NCBI RefSeq assembly: GCF_009914755.1
Contig: NC_060927.1
Reading direction: 5' to 3' (one strand)
From: the human T2T-CHM13v2.0 reference genome, Homo sapiens
DNA length: 64,000 nt
Shown: piece after piece, positions 16,579-32,381 of the stretch
Layout: each line of letters opens with the position of its first letter
How positions within the stretch are numbered: position 1 is the first letter of the stretch
Notes under the pieces: model-generated
What the model was told of the DNA's origin: nothing
Seen by the model: the letters and a program-made list of their open reading frames with translations, nothing else
Databases searched by the model: none
Position numbers and translations under genes: made by a program

Positions 16579-16914
16579 TGATCAATTTGGTTATTATATG
16601 CCTTGGTGTGTTTTTCTTCATGTTTCTTGCACTTGTGGTTCTTTGAGTTCCTTGGGTCTATGGGTTTATTGTTTTCATAAAGTTTGGGGAAAATTTTGGC
16701 AATTATTTCTTCAGTATTTTTTCCTTCTTCCTCTCTTATTTAGTGATTCCAATCGCATGTATATTAGGTTGCTTGAAGTTGTCCTACAGTTCGTTCATGC
16801 TCTGTTCTATTTCTGTTTCTGTGTTTCGTTTTTGATAGTTGCTATTGCTATGTCTTCAAGTTCACTAATCTTTTCTTCTGCCATATCTAATCTGTTGTTA
16901 ATCTCATCCAGTAA

Positions 16915-17245
<331 letters not shown>

Positions 17246-17865
17246 GGTTTTCATATCTAAAAGTTTAACTTGGATCTCTTATTTTTCCATGTGTCTACAT
17301 AACATGTTTAATTGTTAGCTTCATAGAAATATATTCTAGGCAATAACATTATAACTTTTAATACCTTTGTTGTTTATGCTATTTGTGTCAGTTTAGAGTA
17401 GGTTTTGGTGGATTACCTTTTCTCTTTATTGTGGATATATTTTCCTCCTTCTATGAAAACATGATAATTTTTTGTTCAATGCCAGACATTTTGAATTTTA
17501 CTTTGTTGGGTGCAGATATTTTTGTATTCCTATAAATACTCAGGTTTTGTTCTGGGATACAGTTGACTTAATTGGGAATAGTTCCTGTTAGGTCTTGTTT
17601 TTAAGATTTGTTAGGTTGTACCAAAGCAGTGTTTAGGGCTAATTATGCACCACTCCTAAAGGAAGACTATTCTCAATACTCTACCCAATGCCCCAAGAAT
17701 TGTGGCATTTTTCACTCTTGGTTGGTAGAAATGGGCACTATTCCTTGCCCTCGGTGAGCTCTGGCTACTGTTTCCTTTAATGCTTTTTGTTCATTCTGAT
17801 TCCCTGGCCTTGGGCTTTGGGTAGTTTCATCACATGCATACATTGATCAGTGTGGTACTGAATTC

Positions 17866-18017
<152 letters not shown>

Positions 18018-18617
18018 TGAGGGGCACCCTCCACAGATCTCTGGAGTTCTCTTTGTGACGTTCTCTCTACTCCAATGCTCTTGCCAGATAACTCCAGCTG
18101 CCTTGGTCTTCCTAGAATTTCAGCCCCATTTCTTCATCTCAGACAGTCCCATCAGGCTTGGTTCCCCCTACCGGTACCAGGGCAGGTTGGAAGGAGCAAA
18201 TCTCAAAGCTGTATTTCAGAATGATGGAGACGACCTGAGCTAGTCCTTGCTGAATATGTTAAGCAGTGAGTGGTGAATAGGGCGTTTTAATGTGCTGCTT
18301 CTGGCCTTGCTACCAACCCACAGATCAATGAGGAAGTTCCTCTTCATGACTGAATGTCCTCACCAGTAAAATGAGTGGGTCTTGATACTGATTAACTGCT
18401 AGACGTCTTCTATCAATCGCCAGAAATGGTTTCTCTGGAAAGGCTCTAGGGTAAGCAAGTGACAGCATGGCACAGTACTAGAAGATTTGCCCCCTTGGTT
18501 CAAATTGATTTTTTTGTAGAGCGGAGGGAGCAGGGAGCTAGGCCTCTATTCTCATGATTCGGTGATGACTCACCAAGCTGTGGGTAAAGGAGAACTGATT
18601 GATAGGTAGTCTAGGAC

Positions 18618-18788
18618 TCTGCTTCTCAAAACGTGGTCCCTAGACTAGCAGCACTGGCATCACCTGGGAGTTTCTTTGAACTGCAGACTGTCGAGCCCCA
18701 TTCTAGATCTATCATCAGAATCTGCACTGTGACAAGAACCCTAGCTGATTCTTACGCGCTTTAATTAAGTTTGAGGGAGCGCTGTTCT
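18618..18788. mobile_element. MER5-type hAT-Charlie DNA transposon
   Basis: gcttctcaaaacgtggtccc...gcatcacctgggag...aagtttgag...ctg. Confidence 0.75.
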
Positions 18789-18866
18789 AAGCGTGAATGG
18801 TTTCATATGCCCTCTAGTGGCTGTCCAGCAACTTGCAGGGAGCTTTAAAATGTTTTCTCATTTTAG

Positions 18867-18935
18867 GACCTTTGCACAGAACTGCCGAAACATTGAACAT
18901 TTGAACCTCAATGGATGCACAAAAATCACTGACAG
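18867..18935 (+). CDS. FBXL2: FBXL2 exon 6 (LRR)
   Basis: ttttag|G ACC...GAC AG|gtaagt; 69 nt; TFAQNCRNIEHLNLNGCTKITD. Confidence 0.96.
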
Positions 18936-19034
18936 GTAAGTAATGAAGATTAATTGGTGACCAAATAGCCACGGGGAGAGAGAAGGGAGAGAAACGTGGT
19001 TGAAAATATCTTTAGTGCGTCTGCTCTTTTTCAG

Positions 19035-19130
19035 CACGTGTTATAGCCTTAGCAGATTCTGTTCCAAGCTGAAACATCTGGATCTGACCTCCTGTGTGTC
19101 TATTACAAACAGCTCCTTGAAGGGGATCAG
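19035..19130 (+). CDS. FBXL2: FBXL2 exon 7 (LRR)
   Basis: tttcag|C ACG...ATC AG|gtaaga; 96 nt; TCYSLSRFCSKLKHLDLTSCVSITNSSLKGI. Confidence 0.96.
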
Positions 19131-19352
19131 GTAAGAGTGCCCATTGTTTGTGTCAAGAGAAATACCCAAAGCTATGAACATTCTGGAAACCTTCTTAATG
19201 GTCACATTGGATCCAGCAAGAAATAGGTGACTCCAAGAGGTCCCAGGCATGGTCTCCCCTTCGGAATTTCTTGTGATGTACTAAACTCAGAGTTGGTCAT
19301 TAACTCTCTACAGGAGAGACTGCACATAAGTTTTTGTTTCTTGTTCTCTCAG

Positions 19353-19479
19353 TGAGGGCTGCCGAAACCTGGAGTACCTGAACCTCTCTTGGTGTGATCA
19401 GATCACGAAGGATGGCATCGAGGCACTGGTGCGAGGTTGTCGAGGCCTGAAAGCCCTGCTCCTGAGGGGCTGCACACAG
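19353..19479 (+). CDS. FBXL2: FBXL2 exon 8 (LRR)
   Basis: tctcag|T GAG...ACA CAG|gtacca; 127 nt; EGCRNLEYLNLSWCDQITKDGIEALVRGCRGLKALLLRGCTQ. Confidence 0.96.
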
Positions 19480-19621
19480 GTACCAGAGGGTTGATACAGC
19501 TGTTTGTGTTATGTGTCAGGTGTGGGCACATCATCCAGAAAGCTGCTTTTGCATTTTTCTTGGTGTCCCACTGTTCCCTCACCTGGATTCCAGCTGTCTT
19601 TTGTTTTCTCTGTCCACTCAG

Positions 19622-19696
19622 TTAGAAGATGAAGCTCTGAAACACATTCAGAATTACTGCCATGAGCTTGTGAGCCTCAACTTGCAGTCCTGCTCA
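19622..19696 (+). CDS. FBXL2: FBXL2 exon 9 (LRR)
   Basis: actcag|TTA...TCA|gtaagt; 75 nt; LEDEALKHIQNYCHELVSLNLQSCS. Confidence 0.96.
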
Positions 19697-21062
19697 GTAA
19701 GTAGCGTGCCTTTCCTGAACACTGTTTGCTCTATCTTGTCTCCCAAAGCAGTCTGCCTCAGGCCTCCCTGCAGCCCCCTAGGCACCTGAGATGGGCTGTG
19801 TTGCCACACCCTGATTTCCATCCTGTGTCCTTATATAACCTACCAATTTGTCACAAGCTGGAACAACAACAACAACAAAAAGGAATCATACTCAATATAA
19901 AGCCACTGACATCTCCCCTAAAAATAATACAGACTAGGTCTTGATTTTGTTGAATAGAGTATTAGGGACGCTATTGAGGAATGCAGTGAATTGGTCACTA
20001 AATAGTTTTAAGACATGAAGTGTCTTTTTTTTTAACTTATAAATTAAGGATGATGACTCCTCTCACGTTGTTTCAGTGGATAAAATGAAATAACACATGC
20101 AAAAATGCTTTAAAGAATAAAACGCATAGGCAAGAGCAAGGTGGCATTTTCATCAGGACATTAGCCTATGAAAAACTATTGGTCCTTCTCCACTGCCATT
20201 GTAAATGTTGATAATTGAAGAGGATGCTTGCTACATCCTACCAGGTTTTCAAGGGGAACATAGATTTTGAGAAAGGTAAGGGAAAACCCTTGCATTCAGC
20301 TTTAAATGAATATATTATAAATCTTTAGAGTCCCTAGTGGTGGGGAAAAAAACCAGAAACTATCTTATGGACAAACGTTGACCATATGGGCCAGGACTAC
20401 TCAAAAATAGGACCTTGACTTATGTGTAGCATAGCAGTGGCTGATGGCTTGAAGTATAATATAGATGTGCGTGTTTATTTCTATATGAAGTAGTCTGTTT
20501 AAGTGAACATATTATTTTGAATCTTCATGGCCAAATTCATAGAATTTAAGGTATTTATCAATAATTTTGTGATTTATTTAATTTTCCTATTGTCTAAAAC
20601 ATTTGATGAAATATAAATATATGTGTATATTGTAAATATCTAAAGCATTAATCTGCAGAAATCCAATCAAATATTAATGTCAGTTAAACTAGGAAAGCCT
20701 CAAAAGTTCTTTAATCAGATTTTTAAATTATGAGTTTATAAATTTTATGAAAAAATCTATATTTTGATGACTAGTGAGGGAGAAATGGAATTTTAAACTT
20801 TTATTCTCCATTTATATTATTTAAAATTTTTACTTTATTTTTTCCTGGATGCATGTATCTTATCTAAATTGCTGAAATATTTTAAAGCTGTGCAGAGATA
20901 ACACAAGTACCTGTCTACCCTCTACTTATTTTGTTGAAGTTATTTGGATAAAATGCTAGTAATCAGCAACCAAAACTGAACAACAGCAGATACTTTTCTG
21001 CTGCTCCCGTTTTGGTATTGCTGGTGTCCTCTGACTTTTCTTTCTGTGCTGCTTTTCCTCAG

Positions 21063-21193
21063 CGTATCACGGATGAAGGTGTGGTGCAGATATGCAGGGG
21101 CTGTCACCGGCTACAGGCTCTCTGCCTTTCGGGTTGCAGCAACCTCACAGATGCCTCTCTTACAGCCCTGGGTTTGAACTGTCCGCGACTGCA
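21063..21193 (+). CDS. FBXL2: FBXL2 exon 10 (LRR)
   Basis: cctcag|CGT...CTG CA|gtgagt; 131 nt; RITDEGVVQICRGCHRLQALCLSGCSNLTDASLTALGLNCPRL(Q). Confidence 0.96.
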
Positions 21194-21603
21194 GTGAGTA
21201 CACTGCACTTTTTGCTTTGCAGCTCAGAGTTTGGCTGAGTTAACCAAGAGGGCTTCCTTCAGGAGAGGACAGGCTTGCCAGGTAGTGGTGGTGGAGGCAG
21301 TAGTTATGTTGTTGTTGGCTTTTGTTGGGTAAATTGGGGTGGGGCGTGTATAAATCCAGTTCATTGGAGGATGTACTGGGAGAGTATAAAATGTCTACCA
21401 CCAGTGAATCCAAACTTTAATTTCTTAATGAATGTCACACAGTTTCCCACCTAATTTACCTCATCATGTTATTGCTTTAAGCACCCGAGTGAGCACATAG
21501 TGAGGAGAGTGATAGCCTCACATCCAAAGGACATGAGCTTCTCCTCCAGAACTGCTGCCAAATGGACAGAATGAGGGGAATATCACAATCACCTTCTTAC
21601 TTA

Positions 21604-21965
<362 letters not shown>

Positions 21966-22470
21966 TTATCCTCAAGGTAATAGATTATCATTACCAGCTA
22001 TGAATATTAAAATTTTAACAATGGTAACAATAGTTGACTTCAGAACCAGCAACCTTTAACTTTATCCAAGAGGCAGAAAAAAAGATACTTTTTAAAAATC
22101 TCTACTTCCCAATGAAACTGATCCATTCCCACGCTCACACCAGTTCTGTATCTTTTAAGAATTGTATATTTCTGCTTTTACCAATTTTTCTTACTGTTGT
22201 AGAGAAGGTACTATATCATTTAGATATTTCTGCTTAGTAGAAGGAATTTGGGTGATCAAAACTGGCCAGAAAGGAGGTCAAAATTATTGCTGTAAGGGAG
22301 TGTTTAACTTAGAAATGTTATTCATGCACCCATCCCTATTAAGCATGGGTAATTGAGAATTAACTTATTTTTCATTGTCCACAAATTTTTTAAATTTCCT
22401 TTAGGGTACCTGGGAATTTCCATAAATGGAGTAAATCTCAAGATGATTTTGTTGAGAAAAGTTCATTTTA

Positions 22471-22821
<351 letters not shown>

Positions 22822-23046
22822 CTATTTAAAAACAACATGCTGGTAAAGCAGGAAGATTCTTGGATTTACTTTCCAAGTTTGGGATGGAACTTCGGGGCTT
22901 TGGGCAGGTCACATTCCCTAAGGGCTGTTAACAGAGGCAAAAGCATGTCAAAGAGCAGAAAAGACTCAAGTATGCATCATAAAATATGTGTTTCCATTAT
23001 TAACTAGTTGGTACCGTTTTCTCCCCTGTACCCACTTTCTCCTCAG

Positions 23047-23107
23047 AATTTTGGAGGCTGCCCGATGCTCCCATTTGACTGACGCAGGTTTTACACTTTT
23101 AGCTCGG
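23047..23107 (+). CDS. FBXL2: FBXL2 exon 11 (LRR)
   Basis: cctcag|A ATT...CGG|gtaagg; 61 nt; ILEAARCSHLTDAGFTLLAR. Confidence 0.96.
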
Positions 23108-23876
23108 GTAAGGCATAGATTTAAAGAATACAACCAAACTCTAATTCACCTCCCGAATTCAAAGTGACTTGGAGTGGTTTTGGGTGTGCAAAAGACTACC
23201 TTCAGAAAAGACAGGCACAAAGTAGAGTAGAACCCTTGGGGTGTGTACTGCAGTTTTTCCAGTTAGCCAGAAATCTAGGGAAGTCCTATAGAGGGTTCTG
23301 TAAAGAGTCTGAGCCTCACGCGTGGTCAAGTGGGACCAGCCTCCTCCTGGCAGGAGACTCCATTCCTCATTGGACCCCAACTTGGCCTCTCAGCAGCTCC
23401 CCCTAACTGGGCTGTACTCTGCCCTTTGTCCTGCAAACACTGACCACTGGGGGCCCCTCTGGACCTGCTGCCAGGAACCCATGTCCTCCTGGGGCTGCTG
23501 ATATACTTGGCTACCTCCACCCAACCCCCACAGTGTGGCTTAGTGCCCCATCCCCATGCCCTCCCAGAGTCTAGGCTATGGCTAAAATTTACCTGCTGAT
23601 GTCTGCGAGCCACTGGGAAGGTTGTAGACAACTCTCTTTACAAGTTGAGAGAAGGAAATGCAGCCAGAGGCAGCCCTATTCCCAGTTCCAAAGCACTGTA
23701 ACTCAAAAGGCAGCTGTTCAGAAGTGCTGGTTTACTGGGTAGCTTTAGGAAGAGGGCATACTTCTTAACAGAAGAGAACAAGGACACTGGGCCAATACTC
23801 AGAGGGATAGGGCAAGCCACCATTGTTGCTGTCACCACTGACTCACATGTGGGGTGTGTCTTGTGGACTCTTCCAG

Positions 23877-23921
23877 AATTGCCACGAATTGGAGAAGATG
23901 GATCTTGAAGAATGCATCCTG
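23877..23921 (+). CDS. FBXL2: FBXL2 exon 12 (LRR)
   Basis: ttccag|AAT...CTG|gtgagt; 45 nt; NCHELEKMDLEECIL. Confidence 0.96.
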
Positions 23922-24458
23922 GTGAGTGGACTCCTGACAGCCCTGCAGGGCAGCCTGCTCCTTAGTCATTGCTGGCCAGTGCAGCACAGCCAGAGACACT
24001 GACTCGCTATCATCCTGACCCTCCTTGATCAACCTCAGTGGCAGGGCTTGGAAACCTGTGAAGGCCATGGCAGTGGATGCGTGAACTTTTGGCCATTCTC
24101 AGTCATCAGACAGAACTACAGAAGAGAAGTTCAGGATAGCTCTATAAAATAAGCTTGCATGTCCAGTGATGGGGTGACTCCAAAGAGGAGAATCCTGGGA
24201 ACCCTCCTTGCCCACTCCCTCTTTGTCCCTTGCCCCAAGCCTCCTTGGGGTACCAGAAGAGAGACAAAGAACAGTTTTGCATCTCTAGAAGTGGGCAGAT
24301 TTTAGAGTGCTGGTGAAGAGAGGAGCTCCCAGCCCCAGAGTGTTTGAGATGAGTTTTTAATTCTTTTACACCTTTTGATTCTCGTGTTCAGGAGAAGCCA
24401 GGATTAGGTATTAAGTTCTGGTGTAGAAGCCACACTGACACAGCATGTTTCTCTCCAG

Positions 24459-24515
24459 ATAACCGACAGCACACTCATCCAGCTCTCCATTCACTGTCCT
24501 AAACTGCAAGCCCTG
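24459..24515 (+). CDS. FBXL2: FBXL2 exon 13 (LRR)
   Basis: ctccag|ATA...CTG|gtgagt; 57 nt; ITDSTLIQLSIHCPKLQAL. Confidence 0.96.
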
Positions 24516-24714
24516 GTGAGTCTGAGTTTTTCTGACATTATTCACCTGTTAAAGATGAAAGAGCCCTCCCACCACAACAAGAAGCTGTTTGGGTTCTCTT
24601 TCTGTAAGGTATCATCTCTCTTGATTTCAAAAATCTATTAATTGGGCTAACTTGGGAGGCAAGGTATCTAAATATTTGATTACTGCTTTCATTGAATTTG
24701 CAATTTTAAGATTC

Positions 24715-25720
<1,006 letters not shown>

Positions 25721-25723
25721 GAG

Positions 25724-26015
25724 GGCTGGGCACGGTGGCTCACACCTCTAATCCCAGCACTTTGGGAGGCTGAGGTGGGCAGATCACAAGGTCAGGACAT
25801 TGAGACCATCCTGGCCAAGATGGTGAAACCCCATCTCTACTACCAAAATTAGCTGGGCGTGGTGGCACACGCCTGTAGTCCCAGCTACTCTGGAGGCTGA
25901 GACAGGGGAACTGCTTGAACCTGGGAGGCGGAGGTTGCAGTGAGCCAAGGTCCACACCACTGCACTCCAGTCTGGCGACAGAGTGAGACTCTGTCTCAAA
26001 AAAAAAAAAAAAAAA
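25724..26015 (+). mobile_element. Alu (Sc-like)
   Basis: aaaattcaa TSD. Confidence 0.92.
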
Positions 26016-26047
26016 TTCAAAAGAAAAAGTTACTTTAAAAAGTACCA

Positions 26048-26492
<445 letters not shown>

Positions 26493-27135
26493 TCATGCAC
26501 ACACATCCACACCACATCCATGGGAGCAGAAGACACCTGCTGATGGCAATTAAAAGTAACCACCTCTGAGTCAGGAATGTGATATAAGCTGCTCGCTTCC
26601 AGAATGCATCACTCCTGCCAGGGATGAGTGACAGTGCATGACAGGAGAAAAGGCTTTAAGGCCAACCTGAGCTGGGTATAATTGGCAAGTCTCAACTTCT
26701 TTGAGCCACAATGCTGTCATCTGTAAAAAGGGAATAATGACACTTACTCTGCAGAATTGGCCCGAACCAGACAGCTTTGACTATTGACTACGTTGTTAGT
26801 GTTAATATAGAAGGCCCCACTGCTGTGTGAACCATGTTGGCAGCGGATTTTCCTGTTAACTCAGAACAGGTCAAGCACCCTCTGATTTTCCTTAAATCAG
26901 TTTTTAAAAATTTCTATGAATACTTGAATATGCCAGTACATAAGTTTTTCAATTAATATAACAGTATCTCCTCAGTCTCATATGTTACTGTTAACTTCTT
27001 GATTTCTGAATTTCCCTATATTAAAACAATGGAGAAATTGACATTCATACACCACCTCCATCATCTTTCTCCAATCTGTGTTTGTAAATATACACGTATA
27101 TACGTGTGAATCCATATGTAAATAAAATGAAATTG

Positions 27136-27433
27136 GCTGGGCACGGTGGCTCACGCCTGTAATCTCAACACTTTGGGAGGCCAAGGCGGGTGGATCACCT
27201 GAGGTCGGGAGTTCGAGACCAGCCTGACCAACATGGAGAAACCCCGCCTCTACTAAAAATACAAAATTAGCCAGGCGTGGTGGCGCATGCATGACTGAGG
27301 CAGGAGAACCGCTTGAACCTGGGAGGTGGAGGTTGCGTTGAGCCGAGATTGCGCCATTGCACTCCAGCCTGGGCAACAAGAGTGAAACTCCATCTCAAAA
27401 AAAAATAAATAAAAATTTAAAAAAAAAAGAAAA
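27136..27433 (+). mobile_element. Alu (Sp-like) with internal deletion
   Basis: aaaatgaaat TSD. Confidence 0.92.
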
Positions 27434-28544
27434 TGAAATATATACATACACAGAGAGACACTTTTTTTCTCATTCCATTTTATTGTAAGTAATCAAACTT
27501 CTATTTTTTTATTTACCAATTTTAAACAGCCTCCTAAAGAACCAGTTTTCTGGCTTTACTCTTAATTCTAAAAGCTAAAAACCAATGAACAGCATTGATT
27601 ACATAAATACTATTTGATGTAAACCATGTAGAGTGATTCGATTCATGAGAAAGGAAATATATTCCACATTGTTAAGATCAAGCTCAGAGAAGAATCTTTA
27701 AAGCATCAAGGTCCAACAGAATTCCTCTCCTCTAGCTTCCCTTCCCTCGAGGTGGTACTCTGCTGCCTAGTTACATAGCCAGTAGTTCTAGTTTCTAGCA
27801 GTAGTTTCTAGTTTGGGGCTGTTACAACCAGTACTGCAATGTCTTAGATTTTTTTATTCTGCAGGAATACCTTACACCCATCCACTCAGGTCTCCTCTGC
27901 CAGGACTTGTCAAGTCCAAACTCTCAGACATTTCCTTGCTTCATAGACTGCAGTAGCCATTCACTTGCTCTAAACTGTATCCACTTTCGCACTAAAAAAT
28001 TTGGCAGAGTGGTTTTTCAAATTTTAACTTTACTGAAGTAAAATATACATGTAGAAAAGCACATTTATCATTGGTGTATAGATCAATGCATTTCCATAAA
28101 CTGAATACACCCCGATCAAAGGTCAACATTATCATGACCCCGGAAAGGCCCTTTCTGCTCCCTTTCAATCACTGATCCCCCAAAAGTCGTGACTTCCAAA
28201 TAGTATATATTAGTTTTGCCTCTTTGTATTTTATTTAAATGATATGAATGGAATTATCATGTATACTCATCTGGTTTCCTTATCCATATTGTTACATGTA
28301 GTTGTATATTGTTCATTCTCACTGCTTTATAGAATGGGTACACTGTGATTTATTTATCCTTTCTCTACTTTTGAATTTTGAGTACTGCTTCTAGTTTGGG
28401 GCCATTACAGCCAGTATTCCTGTTTTTTGGTTAACACATGTATGCATTTCAGTCAGAAACATCGAAATAACCCCTGCAGCATATGAGACTTCCAATTGCT
28501 CCACATCCTCACCAACACTTATTTTCCATCTTTTTTGAAAAACA

Positions 28545-29020
28545 ATTGTAACATCACATTCTCCTTACAACTCCTCCCACTGACCTTGGAATCAGAACTA
28601 AATTTCTTTACATAACCTACACAACTCTGTGATCTGGCCCTTACCTCCCCAATTCCATCTGCATCTACATGCGTCCTCTTATTTCCCACCTATTATATGT
28701 TGACCTTCTTCCTAAACAGTACTTGCCGTTCTCCTGCTACCCCTGGGCCTTGCACACAACAAACTCTTTGCTCTCTTTCCTAGGATTAGCTCCTAATCCT
28801 TCAAATATCAACTCGGTGGTCTGTTCCCCAGGACAAATCCTGCTATCATATGCTCTCAAAGCACCTCAGCTTCAGTTTAAAAGATTAGCATTATTTGATT
28901 TTATAGACTCTCCAGTCTGGGCTCTGCCAGTGCAGAGAAGTATACTTTTACTCATCATTGCACACGTGGGGGCTGGGACAGAGTTAGAACTCATTTATTT
29001 GAAGGAACAAATGAACAAAT
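28545..29020 (+). mobile_element. L2 3' fragment
   Basis: C/T-rich L2 text (gatctggccc...gggccttgcaca) ending aatgaacaaatg. Confidence 0.6.
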
Positions 29021-29531
29021 GGGAATTGATACAGTACTTTTGCCTCTCTAGTTTTTATGGTGGGGTGAATCTTACATTTGATATGCACTGGGGGAAACTG
29101 TCAGGTCTGAAACTGTTTTTGATATAGAGAACTTAAGAGAATTACATAAATGTCATTTGGCTATATAATATTCATCTGAATTTATCTTTTGCAACCATTA
29201 CTGTTTACCCAAGAGAAGTCAGTAATGTCAGATCACACTGTTCAAGGTCTATTTGATTATAACCTTCAAAGATGCTCAGTATATCTCTGGGTCTCAGCTA
29301 TTTGTGCAATTTTCTAAATGAACAAGGACATTAGATGCATTGATTTCACTGGCATCCCCTCAAATGGAGAACTGGCCAATAAAACTGCTCTCAAGGGGGT
29401 AAACTGAAATCTCCCCTGAAGATTTTATTTCCATCTTTACACAATTAGAAGAGAGAAGCCACTCCCAGTGTAGCAAACCCATAACCAAAGGGCCCCAAGG
29501 CTTTGTGTTTGGTCCTCACTGCCTGATTAAA

Positions 29532-29680
29532 TGTCTCAGTCTGTTTTGTGCTGCTACTACAGACTGGATAATTTGTAATGAACAGAAACTTCTCATAGTT
29601 CTGAAGGCTGGGAAGTCCAGGGGCTGGCATCTGCTGAGGGCATTCTTGCTGTGTCATCCCATTGCAGAAGGGCAAAAAGG
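29532..29680. mobile_element. MaLR LTR fragment (MLT1/MST)
   Basis: tgtctcagtctgttttgtgctgct...ctcatagttctgaaggctgggaagtcca. Confidence 0.75.
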
Positions 29681-29759
29681 CTAGCTTCCAGCTTTTTTTT
29701 AGGACTTGAGCCTTGGAATAAGGGTCCTGCAAACATTTACTCATGTCTTCCTGTTCCAG

Positions 29760-30354
<595 letters not shown>

Positions 30355-30528
30355 TCATTTCCTGTTATGCAATAGTTATGCAAACTGATCTGGTACAATA
30401 GTGTCACCTTAAACTTCTTCAAAATGTTCTTGCTTAGACTCCACCCTGGAAGATTCAACTTGAGTTGGGTCTGGGCTGGAGATTCCACATAGTCTGGTGA
30501 TCGTAGCCCTTATAAGAAAGCCTATGTT

Positions 30529-30816
<288 letters not shown>

Positions 30817-31271
30817 CTATGGTAAAGGCAAGCAATTTAAGGTCATTATGAGTGGGAGGTAGAACTCTCTTGGCTAATTTCCAGGTAAGAGAGCTTAACA
30901 GAATTTGGCTTTTTCCATATAGTTCACCTACACTGTTTTCTTGATTATGCTTTAAGTTTAGGCAACTGCATTTAACAGCCCCATCCAGGGTGCTACAGCT
31001 GTAGAGAACATTCACTTAGTTTGTAAACAGGGCTGGTTACTACCCCTGGGTGGAAACGTATCAACGTAAGTGTTTTCACTTATCCTTAGAAGGTACTAAT
31101 GGGGGGCAGACGGTGCGGGGAGTAACAGGAGTAGCTCTAATCTATAGCATAAATTCTACTTCAACTAAGGTGAAGATTCTTAATAGAGGACTATAGGTTT
31201 TTCTAGAATTATGACTATAATCCTAAAAATAGTAATGTGTAAAGACTCCACTTTTTTCTTCATCCTTCCAG

Positions 31272-31379
31272 GCTCAGCTCCCTCATGTCAAAGTCCACGC
31301 CTACTTTGCTCCCGTCACCCCACCGACAGCAGTGGCAGGAAGTGGACAGCGACTGTGCAGGTGCTGTGTCATTCTCTGA
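31272..31379 (+). CDS. FBXL2: FBXL2 last coding exon, ending in CaaX motif CVIL
   Basis: ttccag|GCT...CTC TGA; AQLPHVKVHAYFAPVTPPTAVAGSGQRLCRCCVIL*. Confidence 0.96.
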   Translation, partial: AQLPHVKVHAYFAPVTPPTAVAGSGQRLCRCCVIL

Positions 31380-32375
31380 CAGCAGCTGCCTGGGCCCAAG
31401 GGGTGATGAGGCATCCTTTCCTCTAGAAGACCTGAGTCTTCCTGACCGACTCCACCATCACCCAATCTGTTGATTCTCCATTGGGAAAGGCATTTACAGG
31501 TAAAAGACTTCTGTATGGATTGCAGTTACTCTGGTGATAGTTTTCACCTTTATTCTGCTGTGAAACAATCAAATCAAAGCCTTGTGTCAGTTAACACATG
31601 ACAAGTGGTCTCAATGCAGCTAGGACCATGCCAGAAACCTGGATCTCTTAAGAGATTGGTACCTACCTAGGTACGAAAGTTCTACCCTTGGCATACTCAG
31701 CATTCCTCAAAAAGACCATCAGTGTTAGCACAAACTGAGCAGAAAAAATAAGCTGTTGATTTTCTACCTGATACTTAAGCCAGTGGCCTACTTTAATTCA
31801 CAATTCCATTTTGATTAGCAGGACTTTTCCACTTTGAAGATAAATAGCAACTTTATCAAAGTGACTGTACTGCAAATTAATTCATAATGCCTGATAGTTT
31901 TATATATAGAGACTTATGTGGAAGGCATGTTAATAGGTTTCCATGAGACACCAAAGAAAAGAGGACTCTATACTGGGTGGAGCAGGGTCTTCACCTTTTT
32001 GTTTCTGTCAACTTGTCATATACACCTCCAGGGACCAAAAACAAAAGCAGCTCGGAGTCTGTGTTGCCTGATTGGAAAGTAGAAGCTCTGGTGTATGCTA
32101 CAGCACATAACACATTTTTACTAAAGGAAAAAAGCTAATTATGTCCATGCCTCTCGTAAAACTGGGGGGAACCTTAAAGAGAAAGAACTAAGGCTTAAGT
32201 TATCTGTAGTATAATCAATTAGAAGTAATGAATGGATGCATGTAAAATGGATGTGATTTTTTTTCAAGCTTATTTTGAAATCTTAAAAATCAGGTTACAC
32301 CATAGCTACTCAAAAGTTTTACACACTTAAAACTCAGATCAGTAAGTGTTGGTACCTTTTAGACTCATAAAATTG

Positions 32376-32381
32376 AATAAA
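32376..32381 (+). terminator. FBXL2 proximal poly(A) signal AATAAA
   Basis: AATAAA about 1 kb after the stop, with T/G-rich sequence downstream. Confidence 0.6.

Noticed and set aside
28669-29127. 152-aa + strand ORF in FBXL2 intron 13
   Set aside because: Overlaps a decayed L2 fragment, has no recognisable domain, and does not fit the FBXL2 frame
29532-29759. MaLR LTR fragment 80 nt upstream of exon 14 as a possible source of its splice signals
   Set aside because: The polypyrimidine tract and likely branch point (CTCAT near 29740) lie outside the LTR fragment
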